Assembly (NCBI GenBank): GCA_964587725.1
Contig: CAZPLO010000001.1
Span: 108,471-172,470, forward strand
Source of the DNA: an uncultured archaeon
GTDB lineage: Archaea; Altiarchaeota; Altiarchaeia; IMC4; SCGC-AAA252-I15
Direction: 5' to 3'
Length of the DNA: 64,000 nucleotides
In this document: positions 16,395 to 26,401 of the stretch, piece after piece
Position numbering within the stretch: position 1 is the first letter of the stretch
Layout of the letters: each line of letters begins with the position of its first letter
Position numbers and translations under genes: made by a program
The notes under the pieces: model-generated
Database searches by the model: none
Told to the model about the DNA's origin: nothing
What the model saw: only the letters and a program-made list of their open reading frames with translations

Positions 16395-19300
16395 TCAAAA
16401 CCGTATGGTGCAGCACACGGTTTCGTCGTCGTATTGGAAGGATTTGCCGTCTTCTAAACCCTCAACCAGGCGTATGGAGTCTGCGCGTACCTCGTTCAAT
16501 ACTGTGTCTTTGAACTCCTTCAGCATCGCCTCCACCTTCGGGTTCGATGAGACCTCGACTTTGATGCGCTGCAGCTCTCCCAGGCCGTTTTCCTTCCGCA
16601 GCTCCTGTATGTGCCGTATCAGGTCCCTCGCCAGAGCCTCGTTCAACAGGCTTTGGTTGCGTTCCGTCTCTATCAACACGACGCCGTGGGCCGGGCCTTC
16701 GCTGAAGTCGGCGGCAGCGTGCTTCTCCGACACCAGCAGCCTGATGTCTGATATCATCTCCGGCGTCACCTCAAAATTTTCGAGTTTGCTGCTTTTCCCC
16801 GTCTCCTTTATGAACTTTGAGTTGAGGGGGTTGGAGCGTATAAGCTCCGCCACCCGGTTGGCGTTTTTCCCGTGGACGGGGCCTATGACACTGTAGTCGG
16901 GCGACGCCTCATACCTCACATCCGGCAGTTTGTCCACGAACTCCACCCTCTTGCAGTTCAACTGCTTCACGACGACGTCTCCCAAGCTTTCCACTGCCGA
17001 GCGTACGCGGTCGCCGCCTGAAACGGTCACCTTCTCTATTGGGTGGCGGAGTTTGATGCCCGCCTCCTGCCTGCAGCGGCTGCCCGCCTCGAAAATCCTG
17101 CGCACCACATTCATGTTGGCAAGCAGTTCCTCATCCACTTTCCCAGGCATCGGCCACGGCACATGGTGTATGCTCGCCGCATCCTCCCTCAGGAGGTTCA
17201 AGTATATTTCCTCCGAAATGAACGGCGCCAACGGCGCCAACGCCGTGCACAGCCGTTCGAAAACCGTTGACAGCGTTACATACGCGGCCTTCTTGGACGG
17301 GTTGATGCTTCCGCCCCGGTCCTCCAGCCACATGCGGTCCCGTATCAGCTTGATGTACCATCTGCTGAAGTCCTCCACTATGAAGTCGTAGAGGGCAGAC
17401 ACAGTGTGGTGGTATTCGTTTGCTGCGAGCGACCTCTTAACCGACTCTGTCATGGAATCCGCGGCGGACAGAATCCACTGGTCCTCCGCCTCCAAATCCT
17501 TTTCGTCTATTTCACGGTCGCGGGGGTCGAAGCCGTCCAGCAGCATGTAGCGGACGGTGAAGGAGTAGCAGTTCCACAGCGTCCGCAGCATCGGTATCAC
17601 GGATTCGTTGAGGCTGTCGACTCCGAAGCGCTTCGCGTTCCACGGCGCCGTCGAACACATCTGCAGGCGCACCGCGTCCGCGCCTACGGTGTCGAACAGC
17701 TTCCACGGATCTATGATGTTCTGGTTGCTCTTGCTCATCTTCTCCCCCTTGTCGTCTAATAAGAGTCCGCCTACGACGCAGCTCTTGTACGCCGGCTTCT
17801 TGAACAGTACGGTGCTTAAGACGAGGAGGGTGTAGAACCACCCGCGGGTCTGGTCCATCGCCTCCGAAATGAAGTCGTGGGGGAAGGTTTTCTCGAACAG
17901 TTCCTTGTTTTCGAAGGGGTAGTGGAATTGGGCGAACGTTGCGGAGCCGCTGTCGTACCAGCAGTCTATCACGTATTCGACGCGTTCCATCTCCCGCCCA
18001 CACCTGCATTTGAGTTTGACTTTGTCCACGTAGGGGCGGTGCAGGTCCAAATCCTCTGGAACCTCCGAAACAGCGTTTTCACGCAGCTCCTTCCGGGAGC
18101 CCACCGCCTTGACCCCCCCGCATTCGCACCTCCATATGGGAAGGGGTGTGCCCCAGAACCGGTTCCTGCTGAGGCTCCAGTCGCGGGCGTTCTCCAGCCA
18201 GTTCCCAAACCGGCCTGACCCTATGGTCTCAGGATACCATTTTATCCTATTATTCTGTTCGATGAGGTCCGGCACCACCTCGGACACGCGGATGAACCAC
18301 GACTTCATCGCATAATAGAGTAGCGGGGTCTTGCAGCGCCAGCAGAACGGGTAATCGTGTTCATACGGGTGCTTGACTATCAGCACGCCCATCTCGTCAA
18401 GCCATCCTATTATCTTGGAGTCCGCATCCTTGGCGAACAACCCATCCAGCTCCGGAATCTCCGAAGTGAATTTGCCGTCCAAGTCTATGGGGTTCACCAG
18501 CGGCAGGTCGTTTTCCACACCCACATTGTAGTCGTCTTCGCCGAACGCAGGAGCGATGTGGACTATGCCTGTTCCCTCTTCGGTTGACACGAAGTCTCCT
18601 TTTATGACGCGCCACGCAGGCTTCTCCAGTTTGTTTACGAAGTGGCTGAACAGCGGGTGGTATTCCAGGCCGACGAGGTCGGAGCCCTTCACCTCCTCGA
18701 CTATGTCGGCCTCCGGAAACCTGGTTTCAGCCAGCTCCTTCGCCAGCACGTATTTCTCGCCCCTGTATTTAATAACCGCGTATGTTATGTCAGGACCCAC
18801 AGCCAAGGCGAGGTTGCTCAGCAGCGTCCACGGCGTCGTAGTCCAAGCCAGGAAACTGTAGTCTTTCTCCTTAGCCCGGAATGCGACGATGACTGTGTCC
18901 TCCTTCACCGACTTGTAGCCGAGGGAGACTTCATGGGATGACAGCGGCGTGCCGCATCGGGGGCAGAACGGCACCACCCGGTGGCCCTCGTACAGCAGCT
19001 TCTTCTCCCAAAGCTGTTTGAGACTCCACCACACACTCTCTATGTAATTATTGTCCATGGTGACGTACGGGTCCTTCAGGTCTATCCAGTACGCCATCCT
19101 CTCCGTCAGCGCATCCCACTCCTTGATGTGGCTGAACACGCTGTCCCTGCATTTCTCCACGAAACGGTCGACGCCGTATTTGAGTATGTCTTTTTTGCTG
19201 TTCAAATCAAGCTCCTTCTCAACCTGCACCTCCACCGGCAGGCCGTGGCAGTCCCATCCCGCCTTACGGGGGACGCTGCTGCCGAGCATGTAGTGGAACC

Positions 19301-19505
19301 GGTTCACGACATCCTTGAAGGTGCGCATCTCCACGTGGTGCAACGCCGGCGGAGCGTTGGCCGTGGGAGGTCCTTCGAGGAAGGAGAACAGTTCGCTGTC
19401 GCGTGGCTTCAGCGTCTCCTCCATCACCTTGCTGTCGCGCCAGTACGCCAGGATGCGTTCCTCCAGCTCCTTAGGATTATAGTCCCCCACCGATTCCACT
19501 GCCAT
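16395..19505 (-). CDS. ileS: Isoleucyl-tRNA synthetase (IleRS2/archaeal-eukaryal type, ALHH signature)
   Basis: EGPPTAN, GWDCHGLPVE, AWTTTPWTL, EEGTGIVHIAPAFG, DWSLSRNRFWGTP, DQTRGWF and KMSKS. Confidence 0.97.
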   Translation of the reverse strand: MAVESVGDYNPKELEERILAYWRDSKVMEETLKPRDSELFSFLEGPPTANAPPALHHVEMRTFKDVVNRFHYMLGSSVPRKAGWDCHGLPVEVQVEKELDLNSKKDILKYGVDRFVEKCRDSVFSHIKEWDALTERMAYWIDLKDPYVTMDNNYIESVWWSLKQLWEKKLLYEGHRVVPFCPRCGTPLSSHEVSLGYKSVKEDTVIVAFRAKEKDYSFLAWTTTPWTLLSNLALAVGPDITYAVIKYRGEKYVLAKELAETRFPEADIVEEVKGSDLVGLEYHPLFSHFVNKLEKPAWRVIKGDFVSTEEGTGIVHIAPAFGEDDYNVGVENDLPLVNPIDLDGKFTSEIPELDGLFAKDADSKIIGWLDEMGVLIVKHPYEHDYPFCWRCKTPLLYYAMKSWFIRVSEVVPDLIEQNNRIKWYPETIGSGRFGNWLENARDWSLSRNRFWGTPLPIWRCECGGVKAVGSRKELRENAVSEVPEDLDLHRPYVDKVKLKCRCGREMERVEYVIDCWYDSGSATFAQFHYPFENKELFEKTFPHDFISEAMDQTRGWFYTLLVLSTVLFKKPAYKSCVVGGLLLDDKGEKMSKSNQNIIDPWKLFDTVGADAVRLQMCSTAPWNAKRFGVDSLNESVIPMLRTLWNCYSFTVRYMLLDGFDPRDREIDEKDLEAEDQWILSAADSMTESVKRSLAANEYHHTVSALYDFIVEDFSRWYIKLIRDRMWLEDRGGSINPSKKAAYVTLSTVFERLCTALAPLAPFISEEIYLNLLREDAASIHHVPWPMPGKVDEELLANMNVVRRIFEAGSRCRQEAGIKLRHPIEKVTVSGGDRVRSAVESLGDVVVKQLNCKRVEFVDKLPDVRYEASPDYSVIGPVHGKNANRVAELIRSNPLNSKFIKETGKSSKLENFEVTPEMISDIRLLVSEKHAAADFSEGPAHGVVLIETERNQSLLNEALARDLIRHIQELRKENGLGELQRIKVEVSSNPKVEAMLKEFKDTVLNEVRADSIRLVEGLEDGKSFQYDDETVCCTIRF

Positions 19506-19546
19506 CTTTTAAGAGAAAGGATTTCAGAATAAAAAGATAAAATGCG

Positions 19547-20137
19547 TCAGTCGTTCAGCGGCCACAGCTCCATGTTCCGCGGGTAAATCCTCGCCGGAAT
19601 CTCCATCTTCAACTCCGTCGGCAGCCCGTGAGACGGTATGATGGTGAAGCGGGAGTCCATGTCCTCCACACTTCCTACGAGGTTAGCTCCGGTGAAACGC
19701 AGTTCCGCCAGGTCTCCCGCGTGGAGGTATCCCCGCTCCCATTCGGAACCCATGCGGACGTATGTTATCGTGTACTCACAGCCGGCTAGGGCGTCGGGGC
19801 CGTAGTCAAGGGAGGTGCAGTTAACGACTGCCGAGTCGCAGAGGAACACGGTGCGGTTGAAGTTTATTGGGTCGTCTCCCCAGTGTAGGCGTACCACGAA
19901 CGCGAGGCGGTCTATGATGGTGTCCCTGTCCTCGTCCCATCCCTTGGCCATCTCCACTATTATTGGGTGCTGTATGCTCTCCGTCTTCTCCCGCTGGGTC
20001 TGCTCGTCACGCCGCACAAGAGACTGGGTGGTGGTTATTATCGCCAACGCCGCGACAGACACAGCCAAGAGTATGGCTATCAGCATTATGAGGGCGCCCA
20101 TGCCGGTCAATCCTCTTTTACCGAGTCTAGAACCCAT
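19547..20137 (-). CDS. Archaellin/type IV pilin-like protein
   Basis: Class III signal peptide KRG/LTGMGALIMLIAILLAVSVAA and a FlaB-like C-terminus (GDLAEL...IIPSHGLPT). Confidence 0.75.
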   Translation of the reverse strand: MGSRLGKRGLTGMGALIMLIAILLAVSVAALAIITTTQSLVRRDEQTQREKTESIQHPIIVEMAKGWDEDRDTIIDRLAFVVRLHWGDDPINFNRTVFLCDSAVVNCTSLDYGPDALAGCEYTITYVRMGSEWERGYLHAGDLAELRFTGANLVGSVEDMDSRFTIIPSHGLPTELKMEIPARIYPRNMELWPLND

Positions 20138-20205
20138 TGTTAACTATGTTATAAACAGTTTAAAAAGAGTGTTTTTAATCGATGTATTCAATATAAGTGG
20201 GTAGG

Positions 20206-21144
20206 ATGGAGCTGCCTTGGACCGAAAAATACCGGCCCGTGAAGTTGGAGGAGATGGTGGGGCAGGATGCAATAGTCGACCGGCTGAAAGCATACGTGGA
20301 AGCTGAGAGTATGCCCCATCTGTTGTTCGCGGGGCCTGCGGGGGTGGGGAAGACCACGGCGGCCATGTGCATAGCCAACGAACTCTTCGGCGACATCACC
20401 CACGACTTCCTCGAACTCAACGCATCTGATGAGCGCGGCATAGACGTGGTGAGGAGCAAGATAAAGGATTTCGCCCGCACCAAACCGTTGAACGGCGACT
20501 TTAAGATAATATTCTTGGATGAATCAGACTCCCTCACCAACGACGCCCAGAACGCGTTGAGGAGGACTATGGAGAAGTACACCGGCAGCTGCAGGTTCAT
20601 CTTATCGTGCAACTACTCCAGCAAAATCATAGAGCCCATACAGAGCAGATGCGCTGTATTCAGGTTCACCCGGCTGCCGAAGGATGCGGTGAAAGAGTAC
20701 TTGGAGAAGATACTCCGGGAGGAGGGGGTGAAATACGACGCGGCCGGTTTGGACGCTATACTCTACGTTAGCGAAGGCGACATGAGGAAGGCCATCAACG
20801 TACTGCAGAGTGCAGCCGCCCTGGGGGAGGCATATGAGGAGAACGTGTACTCGATAACCACCAGGGCGCGGCCGGAGGACATCCGCGACCTCCTGAATCT
20901 GGCGCTGTCCGGCAAGTTCATCGACGCAAGGAACCTGCTTGACAGGCTCATGCTCACGGTGGGGTTGAGTGGGGAGGACATTCTGTTGCAGATGAACAGG
21001 GAGGCGATGAACCTTGACGCGGACGACAAGGTGAAGGTGAGGATAATAGACTACGTGGGCGAGGCGAACTTTACTTTGGTTGAGGGAGCCAACGAACGCA
21101 TACAGTTGGAGGCGCTGCTCGCCCGACTAGCCCTACTCAAGTAA
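20206..21144 (+). CDS. rfcS: Replication factor C small subunit
   Basis: PWTEKYRP, GPAGVGKTT, ELNASDERGID, DESD, AQNALRRTME and SRC; no intein. Confidence 0.97.
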   Translation: MELPWTEKYRPVKLEEMVGQDAIVDRLKAYVEAESMPHLLFAGPAGVGKTTAAMCIANELFGDITHDFLELNASDERGIDVVRSKIKDFARTKPLNGDFKIIFLDESDSLTNDAQNALRRTMEKYTGSCRFILSCNYSSKIIEPIQSRCAVFRFTRLPKDAVKEYLEKILREEGVKYDAAGLDAILYVSEGDMRKAINVLQSAAALGEAYEENVYSITTRARPEDIRDLLNLALSGKFIDARNLLDRLMLTVGLSGEDILLQMNREAMNLDADDKVKVRIIDYVGEANFTLVEGANERIQLEALLARLALLK

Positions 21145-21148
21145 AGCT

Positions 21149-22417
21149 ATGACGCGGTTGTTCGGCACTTCAGGGATACGGCGGAGGGTGGATGAGCTGT
21201 CAGACGAGTTCGCGGTCAAGCTCGGCCGCGCATTCGGCTCCTGCTTCGACCCCGACATAGCGGTGGGCCGTGATACGCGAAAGAGCGGCCCCCGGCTGGA
21301 GAGCGCATTCAACGCCGGGCTGCTTTCAACCGGCACCGACGTCACGGAACTTGGGGTCGTTCCAACCCCGACCGTCGGCGTCGCAACCGCTGAAATAGGT
21401 TTGGGGGCGGTGGTCACCGCATCCCATAACCCCCCGGAATACAACGGGTTCAAGTTCTTCGACGAACAGGGGGCGTTCAGACCAGACGAGGAGGACAGGG
21501 TCCAGGAGAAAATGGAGTCCGGGTCTTTCCGTGACGGAGCCGGCTCACTCACCGACGCAGACTACGTAAGCAGACACATACAGCTGATAGTGGATGCCAT
21601 AGGTGAAGCGGAGGGTGTGAAAGTCTTTCTGGACTGCGCCGGCGGAGCAGGCAGCGTCGTAACCCCGCTGCTGTTGCGCGAACTGGGGTGTGAAGTCGAT
21701 GTGGTGAACGACAACCTCGACGGCGTATTCCCCCACCCCCTGGAGCCGACAGCCGAAAATTTGTCTGACACACTTAAGCAGGCCGCCAAATCAGGTTGTG
21801 ACGTGGCGTTCGCCCACGACGGCGACGCAGACCGCACCTGCGCCATAGACGACAAGGGGGGGATGATAGAGTGGGACACGTTCCTCACCGCGTTAGCTTC
21901 CCAGTCCAAGAAGGTGGTGACGACTGTGGACGCGTCCATGAGGGTGGAGGAGTACTGCAGGAAAGTCTACCGGGTTCCCGTAGGCGACGTGGCGGTCGCA
22001 GAAGGCATACGCAGACACAACGCCGGGTTCGGAGGCGAACCCAGCGGAACGTATATTTTCCCGGACGTGCACATGTACCCCGACGGAGTCGCAACCGTCG
22101 CCAAAACAGTGAAGATGGTGGCAGACGGCTTATTCTACGACCTAGTGAAAGAAATTCCGTCGTATCCAATGGAGCGTGTGAAGATGCCGTGCAAGGCCCA
22201 TGAGAAGGGAAAAATCATGGATAATTTGATAAAAAACCTCAAGGGTTTGGATTTCACGGACGTCGACGGAGTCCGCCTGGAAGAAGACTACGGATGGGTT
22301 CTGATTCGGCCGTCAGGCACGGAAGACTACATCCGCGTGACCGCGGAAGCTAAGACGCGGGAGAAACTAGACGAACTCGTCAAAAAAGGGAAACATTGGG
22401 TCAACGGCGCATGTTAG
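21149..22417 (+). CDS. Phosphohexomutase (phosphoglucosamine/phosphomannomutase family)
   Basis: LFGTSGIR, TASHNPPEYNG (phospho-Ser), DGDADR, GGEPSG and IRPSGTE. Confidence 0.92.
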   Translation: MTRLFGTSGIRRRVDELSDEFAVKLGRAFGSCFDPDIAVGRDTRKSGPRLESAFNAGLLSTGTDVTELGVVPTPTVGVATAEIGLGAVVTASHNPPEYNGFKFFDEQGAFRPDEEDRVQEKMESGSFRDGAGSLTDADYVSRHIQLIVDAIGEAEGVKVFLDCAGGAGSVVTPLLLRELGCEVDVVNDNLDGVFPHPLEPTAENLSDTLKQAAKSGCDVAFAHDGDADRTCAIDDKGGMIEWDTFLTALASQSKKVVTTVDASMRVEEYCRKVYRVPVGDVAVAEGIRRHNAGFGGEPSGTYIFPDVHMYPDGVATVAKTVKMVADGLFYDLVKEIPSYPMERVKMPCKAHEKGKIMDNLIKNLKGLDFTDVDGVRLEEDYGWVLIRPSGTEDYIRVTAEAKTREKLDELVKKGKHWVNGAC

Positions 22418-22833
22418 GTGTCGCAGATTACTTCTATAACCCATCCCCCACCTCTTTCCTCCGCAACCAGTTCATGGTATGTCACGGCCTTCACCTCCTT
22501 CACCATCTCGTGTCGTTTGGGGTCGTATTTCTCGCCCCTCACCTTGGCGTGGAGGCGGTATCCCATAGCCTCCTTCACTTCGAGGTCGAATTCAGTGAAC
22601 AACAGATTTTCTGTGGCGAACAAGTACACCAGCTCCTGCAGGAAGTCCCTGGCCAGAATCTGCGGCTTATGGATGGTTATGGTGAACTCTCGTTCCACCT
22701 TCGGCTCTATGACGCTGTCGCCGGCCATCGCCTCCGTCAACGCACGGGCGGCCTCAGCCAACACCCCCTCCAACGTGGAGGCGGAGGCCCGGAACTTCAG
22801 ATCGGCTGTGTGCTCCAGGAACTCGTAAGCCAT
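22414..22833 (-). CDS. Archease
   Basis: YEFLEHTADL and VKAVTYH...VICDT; start at the ATG at 22833. Confidence 0.92.
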   Translation of the reverse strand: MAYEFLEHTADLKFRASASTLEGVLAEAARALTEAMAGDSVIEPKVEREFTITIHKPQILARDFLQELVYLFATENLLFTEFDLEVKEAMGYRLHAKVRGEKYDPKRHEMVKEVKAVTYHELVAEERGGGWVIEVICDT

Positions 22834-22834
22834 C

Positions 22835-23023
22835 TTAAATGTCCTTGTCGATGACATCCAGTATCTGCGTCTTGACCGTTGTCTTGCCACCTGTGGACTC
22901 CGCCAGCGGCTTCTCGCACACCAGGCACTTCAGCTTTTTGGTTGCGGCTGCGCCGAATATTACCTGCTCGTTGCCGCAGTCGTTGCACCTCACCTTAAGA
23001 AACCTGCTTTTAGTGCCAGACAT
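22835..23023 (-). CDS. rps27e: 30S ribosomal protein S27e
   Basis: [18 protein letters not shown]...CLVC...TGGK. Confidence 0.95.
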   Translation of the reverse strand: MSGTKSRFLKVRCNDCGNEQVIFGAAATKKLKCLVCEKPLAESTGGKTTVKTQILDVIDKDI

Positions 23024-23304
23024 CACCCAACCTCCGGAGTCTTCTTCGTCCGCGCCGAATACAGCTTCTGATGTTTCTTCTTGCAGTCGTTGCACTGCAG
23101 CACCAGCAGAACCCTCTTGCCCACCTTGTAGTTGGGTTTCTTCGGAGTCCGCGGGCTCCCGCCGTATCCTTTCTTCACTTCCTCGTACTTTCGGCGGCCG
23201 CGGTTCATGCTCCGCTCCTTACCCTTCCTGTTCAACCTCACCATATGCACGGTGTGTTTGTTGCAGCTGGGGCAGTGGGTTCTGATTTTATCCGGGATTT
23301 TCAC
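23023..23304 (-). CDS. rpl44e: 50S ribosomal protein L44e
   Basis: [21 protein letters not shown] and CNDCKK; GTG start at 23304. Confidence 0.95.
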   Translation of the reverse strand: MKIPDKIRTHCPSCNKHTVHMVRLNRKGKERSMNRGRRKYEEVKKGYGGSPRTPKKPNYKVGKRVLLVLQCNDCKKKHQKLYSARTKKTPEVG

Positions 23305-23343
23305 GGTAGCAATATAATATGATGTCATGCTTTAAAAGCGGTT

Positions 23344-23835
23344 TCAGGCTTTTTCAGCCGCATCCCTCTGAATAAGGAGGTTTGCACTGTCCTCCGGCAG
23401 CTCCACCACGTCGTCGACGCGGAAAGGCCCGTACTCCTTCGAATTGGATGCGACGATGGCGGGCAGCGCCTGCTTCATGCGCACCTTCAACGTCGGCTTA
23501 GACACGTCCTCCACCTCAACCACCTTGTCCAGGACGCTTTTACGATTTTCGGAGACTGCAGCGAGAACGCTCCTATACAACTCCATCTCCTCAGGCAACG
23601 CGTTCTCAGGCGGCTTAGTGGAGGAACCGGCGCGGCCGGCGTAGTGGATTACCTTGTTAGCGCGGAGATAATATAGTTTCTCCAGGTACTCTTTCACCGT
23701 GTCCTCGTATTCGCCTACTTCGGGGCTGGCTGCTAGCTTCCTCGCGTCCGCATAAAAGTCTTTCGGCAGCTTCTGGAGTACGGGGCTGGCGCGCTCCATA
23801 CGGTAGGCCTTCTCCAGGTCGGCGTAGGACATCAT
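23344..23835 (-). CDS. GINS complex subunit (Gins51-like)
   Basis: LQKLPKDFY, YLRANKVI and a C-terminal B-domain (GPFRVDDVVELPEDSANLLI); lies upstream of rpl44e. Confidence 0.75.
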   Translation of the reverse strand: MMSYADLEKAYRMERASPVLQKLPKDFYADARKLAASPEVGEYEDTVKEYLEKLYYLRANKVIHYAGRAGSSTKPPENALPEEMELYRSVLAAVSENRKSVLDKVVEVEDVSKPTLKVRMKQALPAIVASNSKEYGPFRVDDVVELPEDSANLLIQRDAAEKA

Positions 23836-23837
23836 CT

Positions 23838-25232
23838 TCACAAATAGCTGGAACCCATCTTCCCGTATTCGGGGTTGATTATCTGGTCTTTCTCGATGCC
23901 CTTCCACACGCTCCCGTAGCGTTCCTGCAGCTGATACTCTATGGGCTTGGACTCGTCTATCGCCGCCTGTATGTGCTCCACCTCGATGAGTTCGGAGCCC
24001 TCGTCCTTCGCCAGGTCGCCTGCCAGGCGGATGACGCCACCCAAGTCCCTTAACCTGAGCGTCAGCGAGTTCCGTTTGTCGTCTATCACCTTGGCCCGCT
24101 TCGCAGCCTCCTCTATCACCGCCTCGACTGCGTCGCGGGTGGCGTGCGGTATCTTCCCGTCCTTCACAACCTCCTGCGCAACGAACTGCGCCATGTAAGC
24201 GCGGTTGACTTCGTTGTCGTCCATGGCCGTCTCCAACAGTATCTCGTATCCGTTCCCCAGAATCCTAGAGCGCAACGGCGGCAAGATGTCCTGGACATCC
24301 TTTATGTTGCAGGCGCCCACGAACAAAAAATCGCATGGGACGTCCTCCACCTTGATGGATGCGCCGCCGGACTGAGGGTTCCTGCCCGTCACCGGAAACC
24401 GCTTCTCCTGCATCGCCGTGAGAATATAATTCTGGAGGTCGGAGAGGTGCGGCAGCTCGTCTATGAACAACACACCCTCATGGGCTTCGTGTATCGCGCC
24501 GGGTATGACACGCAGGTACGCAGGCGTCCCGATTTCAGGGTGCATTCCGTACGGGTCGTGCCGGACATCCCCCAACAACTCAACCTCGCTGGCTCCGGTG
24601 GCGTGGACGAAGTTTTTCCTGCTCAACGGCACAAGCGTATGCCGCTTCACCTTGCCTTTGACGGCCGACGACGGATCCTGTCCAGTGACCTTTATGTTGG
24701 AGCCCTTTCGCCTATAGGTTACGGTGTGTTCGGTGCCATCCGCTCCATAATATGAGGCGTTGATTTCATCCCGCTTGGTGATGCGCTCGAATTTGTCTGC
24801 CCCGCATCTCCCACATTTCCGGGAACCCCTTTTGTCGACTGCCCCGCAGACCGGGCACTTGAAGCCCAGCTGCTCCGCCACGTACGCTGGAACGTCTTCG
24901 GGGCCTAATGTCTCAACACTGCTCTGGCGTTTCACCACCTCCACGTACGGCTTCTGCGGGTTCTGGGGGTTGTGGACTACGTTCACCTGCTCCGTGGGCT
25001 TCGACAAATGGTTGGCGAGCGCCTGCGCCAGCATGCTCTTCCCCACCCCCGGCGGCCCCACCAGCAGTAGGTGGCGGCGCTGCTTGATTGCCAGATGGAC
25101 TTTTCTGACCGCGTTAGGCTGCCCTATAACCTGGTCCAGAATGTCCTTGGGTATGGGTATGTCCTTGGTTATTTCGACGTCCTTAAGCGGCTTCGGGCCT
25201 TCAGATTTTTTCCCCTTCTTCTTCGCCATCAA
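23838..25232 (-). CDS. Lon-related AAA+ ATPase lacking the protease domain, with a Zn-ribbon insertion
   Basis: DQVIGQ, GPPGVGKS, LLGDVRHDP, GAIHEAHEGVLFIDE, LRSRI and LTLRLRDLGG; ends without the Ser-Lys domain; contains a CPVC...CGRC insert. Confidence 0.85.
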   Translation of the reverse strand: MMAKKKGKKSEGPKPLKDVEITKDIPIPKDILDQVIGQPNAVRKVHLAIKQRRHLLLVGPPGVGKSMLAQALANHLSKPTEQVNVVHNPQNPQKPYVEVVKRQSSVETLGPEDVPAYVAEQLGFKCPVCGAVDKRGSRKCGRCGADKFERITKRDEINASYYGADGTEHTVTYRRKGSNIKVTGQDPSSAVKGKVKRHTLVPLSRKNFVHATGASEVELLGDVRHDPYGMHPEIGTPAYLRVIPGAIHEAHEGVLFIDELPHLSDLQNYILTAMQEKRFPVTGRNPQSGGASIKVEDVPCDFLFVGACNIKDVQDILPPLRSRILGNGYEILLETAMDDNEVNRAYMAQFVAQEVVKDGKIPHATRDAVEAVIEEAAKRAKVIDDKRNSLTLRLRDLGGVIRLAGDLAKDEGSELIEVEHIQAAIDESKPIEYQLQERYGSVWKGIEKDQIINPEYGKMGSSYL

Positions 25233-25255
25233 TTACATAATAGGTGTGCGCTGCG

Positions 25256-25792
25256 TTATATACTGGATAGCAGGATACCCACTGCCTCCAGAAGGTCGGC
25301 GGCCCTGTAGTCCGGTTCCACGTCGTATAATCCGTCGCCGCCACCGTATCCCGTGGAAACCAGTACGGTCTTGCAGCCGGCGGCGGAGCCGGTGAGAATG
25401 TCTTTGGTGTTGTCCCCTATCATCCACGACTCCTTGAGGTTTAGGCCGTATGTTTCGGCGGCGAGATCCAGCATCCCCGTCTCCGGCTTTCGGCAGCCGC
25501 AGCCGTCGCTGGGGCGGTGGGTGCACACGTAAACGGCATCCAGTCTCCCGCCTGCGACCTCTACTTCGGCGAGCATGCGTTCGTTGATTTCCTCCAGGGC
25601 CCCAGCATCCAATACGCCGCGGCCGACGCCGCTCTGGTTTGTTACAACGATAATCCTGTAGTCGGATTCGGCGAGCTTCCTGAACGCCTCCAACACGTTG
25701 GGTAGGAAACGGAACGTGCTCCACGACTTCACGTATCCGCCGGTGTGGTCGTTGATGGTTCCGTCGCGGTCTATGAACACGGCCCGGTTCAT
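25256..25792 (-). CDS. gmhB: D,D-heptose 1,7-bisphosphate phosphatase (HAD)
   Basis: FIDRDGTIN, VTNQSG, CTH...CGCRKP and MIGD; start at the ATG at 25792. Confidence 0.9.
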   Translation of the reverse strand: MNRAVFIDRDGTINDHTGGYVKSWSTFRFLPNVLEAFRKLAESDYRIIVVTNQSGVGRGVLDAGALEEINERMLAEVEVAGGRLDAVYVCTHRPSDGCGCRKPETGMLDLAAETYGLNLKESWMIGDNTKDILTGSAAGCKTVLVSTGYGGGDGLYDVEPDYRAADLLEAVGILLSSI

Positions 25793-26352
25793 TCTCCAAA
25801 CAGTTCTTCCTCCACCAGCCCGCAGACCACGTGGGCCGCAGTTATGTGGCCCTCCTGTATGCGGGGCGTGTCTTCGGAGTCGACCATAATACATACGTCA
25901 GACAAGCCGGCCAGCTTCTTGCCCTTAGAGCCTGTGAAGCCTATGACCATCATGCCCTTCTTCTTGGCGGACTCCACCGCCTTCAGCACGTTAGGTGATG
26001 TGCCGCTGGTGGAGAACGCCAGCAGCACGTCTCCTTCCACACCCAACGCCTCCACCTGACGCGAGAATATTACGCCGCCACCGTAGTCGTTGGCCAACGC
26101 GGTCAGTATGGACGTGTCGGTCGTCAACGCTACCGCATGGAGGGCGTTGCGCTCCATCTTGTAGCGGCCGACGAACTCCGCCGCGATATGCTGGCAGTCC
26201 GCCGCGCTGCCTCCGTTCCCACACAACAAAACCTTCCCGCCGGAACGGAACGTTTCCACGATGAGTTCGGCGGCGGCCACGATGTCGTCGGCCGACAACT
26301 TTTCCAGCGCCTCAACACTGTCTGCCACGAGTTTCACCGCTTTTTCCTTCAT
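25789..26352 (-). CDS. gmhA: Phosphoheptose isomerase (SIS domain)
   Basis: CGNGGSAADCQH, LTALANDYG, FSRQVEA, STSGTS and RIQEGH. Confidence 0.93.
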   Translation of the reverse strand: MKEKAVKLVADSVEALEKLSADDIVAAAELIVETFRSGGKVLLCGNGGSAADCQHIAAEFVGRYKMERNALHAVALTTDTSILTALANDYGGGVIFSRQVEALGVEGDVLLAFSTSGTSPNVLKAVESAKKKGMMVIGFTGSKGKKLAGLSDVCIMVDSEDTPRIQEGHITAAHVVCGLVEEELFGE

Positions 26353-26401
26353 CGAGTCCACGGAGGTTATATTGGATACTTTTTATTAAATAACCCATAA
26401 A

